The position numbers and the translations under genes are program-made. Under the pieces are notes generated by a model, which was given only the letters and a program-made list of their open reading frames with translations, was not told where the DNA came from and searched no databases. Source: Bdellovibrionales bacterium (lineage in GTDB: Bacteria; Bdellovibrionota; Bdellovibrionia; Bdellovibrionales; JAUICD01). From it: DNA of 64,000 nucleotides. The stretch spans positions 2,208,001-2,272,000 of the forward strand of contig OZ253553.1 in assembly GCA_965262715.1 (NCBI GenBank), read 5' to 3'. Shown here piece by piece: positions 61,713 through 64,000 of this stretch (position 1 is its first letter; each line of letters opens with the position of its first letter).

Positions 61713-62573
61713 ATGTCACAAGAAAAGCAAAATCCACTTAAAAGAGCTCTAAAAAATATTTTCTCTATAGATTTTTACAAACACAAAAGATCAAAGAAAA
61801 GTGTTCGTCTTTATGATGAAATCCTCATTGTATTTATTGTATTGAGTATTGTGATTGTTTTTTTAGATAGCACTCAGTCTATACATGTCAGATTTAAAAC
61901 TTTTTTCACAATTTGTGAATGGTTTTTTGTCATTGTTTTTACTATAGAGTATATTTTGAGAGTTTATTTCGCTAAAGATAAAAGAAAGTATATTTTTAGT
62001 TTTTATGGTATTATTGATTTTATCGCCGTCTTTCCGTCTTACTTTAGCTTATTTCTTGCCGGAACAACATCTCTCCTTGTCATTCGATCTTTTAGATTGT
62101 TGCGAGTTTTTCGTATACTTAAACTATTAAAGTATTTAGAAGCTGTTAAAGTCTTGATCTTTGTTCTAAAAGAAAGTCGTCATAAAGTCATTGTTTTTTT
62201 AGCCGCTGTAGCCGTCTTTGTAATACTTATGGGCTCTGTGATGTTTTTTATAGAAGGTGAAGAAAATGGATTTACCAGTATCCCAAGTTCTATTTATTGG
62301 TCTATTGTAACAATTACTACTGTAGGTTATGGTGATATCACACCTAAAACCATACTAGGCCAGATGGTGGCTAGCGTATTAATGATTGTTAGTTATGGAG
62401 TCATTGCTATACCTACAGGGATCATCTCTTCCACATTTACAAAATATCAAGCCTCAAAGCTTATATGCCCTGGATGCCAAGCTTCCTTTCATGATGGTGA
62501 TGCTAAACACTGTAAGCTTTGTGGCACAGGTCTTAGGCCGGCTATTATCGCAAAACCACATAAACCTACTTAA
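61713..62573 (+). CDS. voltage-gated potassium channel-like ion transporter
   Basis: S4 RSFRLLRVFRILKLLK; selectivity filter TTVGYGD; C-terminal CxxC...CxxC. Confidence 0.92.
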   Translation: MSQEKQNPLKRALKNIFSIDFYKHKRSKKSVRLYDEILIVFIVLSIVIVFLDSTQSIHVRFKTFFTICEWFFVIVFTIEYILRVYFAKDKRKYIFSFYGIIDFIAVFPSYFSLFLAGTTSLLVIRSFRLLRVFRILKLLKYLEAVKVLIFVLKESRHKVIVFLAAVAVFVILMGSVMFFIEGEENGFTSIPSSIYWSIVTITTVGYGDITPKTILGQMVASVLMIVSYGVIAIPTGIISSTFTKYQASKLICPGCQASFHDGDAKHCKLCGTGLRPAIIAKPHKPT

Positions 62574-62645
62574 AACACAACAACTCCAAACAATCTCTTG
62601 AGAGGTCCTTGACCTCACACGAGCTTATCTTTATATTGCTCAACA

Positions 62646-63380
62646 ATGATAAGACTTTCTGATATATCTCTTATTTTCAATGAAGTTAATATTTTATCTT
62701 CTATTTGTCTTAATCTTGAAGCCCAAAAAACTCATGTTTTATTAGGCCCAAGCGGATGTGGCAAATCCACACTTCTAAAAATTATTTTAGGCATTTATAA
62801 GCCAACAAAAGGACAAGTTTTTATCAATAAAACACTTTTAAGTCCTGAAAACCAAAGGCGGTTCGTACAAAAAATAGGTTATTGTGTTCAAGATGGAGGA
62901 CTCTTTCCTTCTCTCACAGCAAAAGATAACATCCTTCTCGTCTCAAAATTAAGAAAAAATGACCCTAAGACAACCCAAGAAAGACTAAAATACCTCTGTG
63001 AGCTTGTTCAAGTAGAAAAAACCACCTTAGAGCTTTATCCATCTACGCTCAGTGGCGGAGAAAAACAAAGAATATCTTTAATGAGAGCTTTGATGTGCGA
63101 TCCTGATATTTTATTGATGGATGAACCACTAGGCGCATTAGATCCCATAAAACGCAACCTTCTTCAAGAAGAATTATACAATATTTTTAAAAAACTAAAA
63201 AAGACTGTCATTTTTGTTACACATGATATTTTTGAGGCTTCCTATTTAAGTCAAAATGTCATTTTGATGTCTAAGAGCACTATTGTTCAAGAAGGTCCTT
63301 TTAAAACACTTGTTACAAATCCTTCCAATAAATTCGTATCTAATTTCATTCAAGCACAAAGAAAAGGACACACGCTATGA
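62646..63380 (+). CDS. osmoprotectant ABC transporter ATP-binding protein
   Basis: GPSGCGKS, LSGGEKQR, LLMDEPLGALD. Confidence 0.9.
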   Translation: MIRLSDISLIFNEVNILSSICLNLEAQKTHVLLGPSGCGKSTLLKIILGIYKPTKGQVFINKTLLSPENQRRFVQKIGYCVQDGGLFPSLTAKDNILLVSKLRKNDPKTTQERLKYLCELVQVEKTTLELYPSTLSGGEKQRISLMRALMCDPDILLMDEPLGALDPIKRNLLQEELYNIFKKLKKTVIFVTHDIFEASYLSQNVILMSKSTIVQEGPFKTLVTNPSNKFVSNFIQAQRKGHTL

Positions 63381-64000
63381 TGTCATTCATAAAATACCTA
63401 TTTCTTTGTACATTATTCATTGGCATAACAGTTGCCCTTGCCCAAACAGCACAGCAAAGAATTGTTATTGGATCAAAAAATTTTACAGAAAGTTATCTCT
63501 TATCAGAACTGATTGCCCAAAAACTAGAGCAAAAAGGTTTTGTTGTTGAAAGACGATTTGGTTTAGGAGGTACAGGAATGCTTTTTGAAGCTATATCTTC
63601 TGAAGTAATTGATATATACCCTGAGTACACAGGCACTATATCAAAATCTCTACTAAAACAGTCCCAAGCCATAAAAGATTATGACGCCCTTTATCAAAAG
63701 TTATCTGATATGGGTTATGAAATCAGTAAAAGCTTTGGTTTCAACAACACTTACGCTTTAGCAATAAGGCAAGACTCTGCTCAAAAATTACAAATTTCAA
63801 AAATATCTCATTTACAAAAACATCCTCAATTACAAGCAGCATTCAGTCATGAATTTCTTAACAGAGCTGATGGCTATCCTGGCCTTCAACAAACATACGG
63901 TTTGAATTTTTCTAATGTTCGTGGAATCCAACATGCCCTTGCATATAGTGCTTTAAGCTCAAATCAAATTGACTTGACGGATATTTATTCCACTGATGCA
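63377..64000 (+). CDS. glycine betaine/osmoprotectant ABC substrate-binding protein, partial (runs off the window)
   Basis: Manual translation MMSFIKYLFL...IVIGSKNFTESY...LGGTG...IDIYPEYTGT...GFNNTYALA...EFLNRADGYPGL; ATGA overlap. Confidence 0.88.
   Translation, partial: MMSFIKYLFLCTLFIGITVALAQTAQQRIVIGSKNFTESYLLSELIAQKLEQKGFVVERRFGLGGTGMLFEAISSEVIDIYPEYTGTISKSLLKQSQAIKDYDALYQKLSDMGYEISKSFGFNNTYALAIRQDSAQKLQISKISHLQKHPQLQAAFSHEFLNRADGYPGLQQTYGLNFSNVRGIQHALAYSALSSNQIDLTDIYSTDA

Overview
AT-rich bacterial chromosomal window with no phage, cas genes or intact transposase. Gene content (type IVa pilins, secreted ankyrin, matrixin and Cys-rich proteins, MepA-like lipoprotein, VKOR-DsbA fusion, GYF-domain protein, several sigma54-type promoters) suggests a Bdellovibrionota-like organism; this is inference. 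Housekeeping genes: pyrE (partial), zapA, purD (frameshifted), tsaC, tRNA-Val(TAC), purC-purS-purQ, fsa/tal, ctaA, miaA, ftsQAZ, mreCD-mrdA-rodA, argS, a K+ channel and an osmoprotectant ABC transporter. Main unexplained signals: (1) a modular family of long palindromic intergenic elements at about 10 loci, with compensatory stem covariation, a conserved CCGCAGA/TCGAGGA core, long flanking duplications that copy gene 3' ends, and one 158-bp x5 tandem array; (2) a coupled three-gene operon resembling a chaperone-antitoxin-ADP-ribosyltransferase toxin module; (3) a secreted protein with Clp-N-like repeats and a C-terminal RelE/HigB-like domain behind a sigma28-like promoter; (4) three mosaic sigma54-preceded lipoprotein paralogues whose shared C-terminal tail is disconnected in every copy; (5) a decayed DUF3800 gene followed by a probable associated RNA motif; (6) two 5'-truncated genes fused back to back near 1646. 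Some single-base frameshifts lie in homopolymers and may be sequencing errors. All protein family calls come from motif recognition by eye, not database searches.
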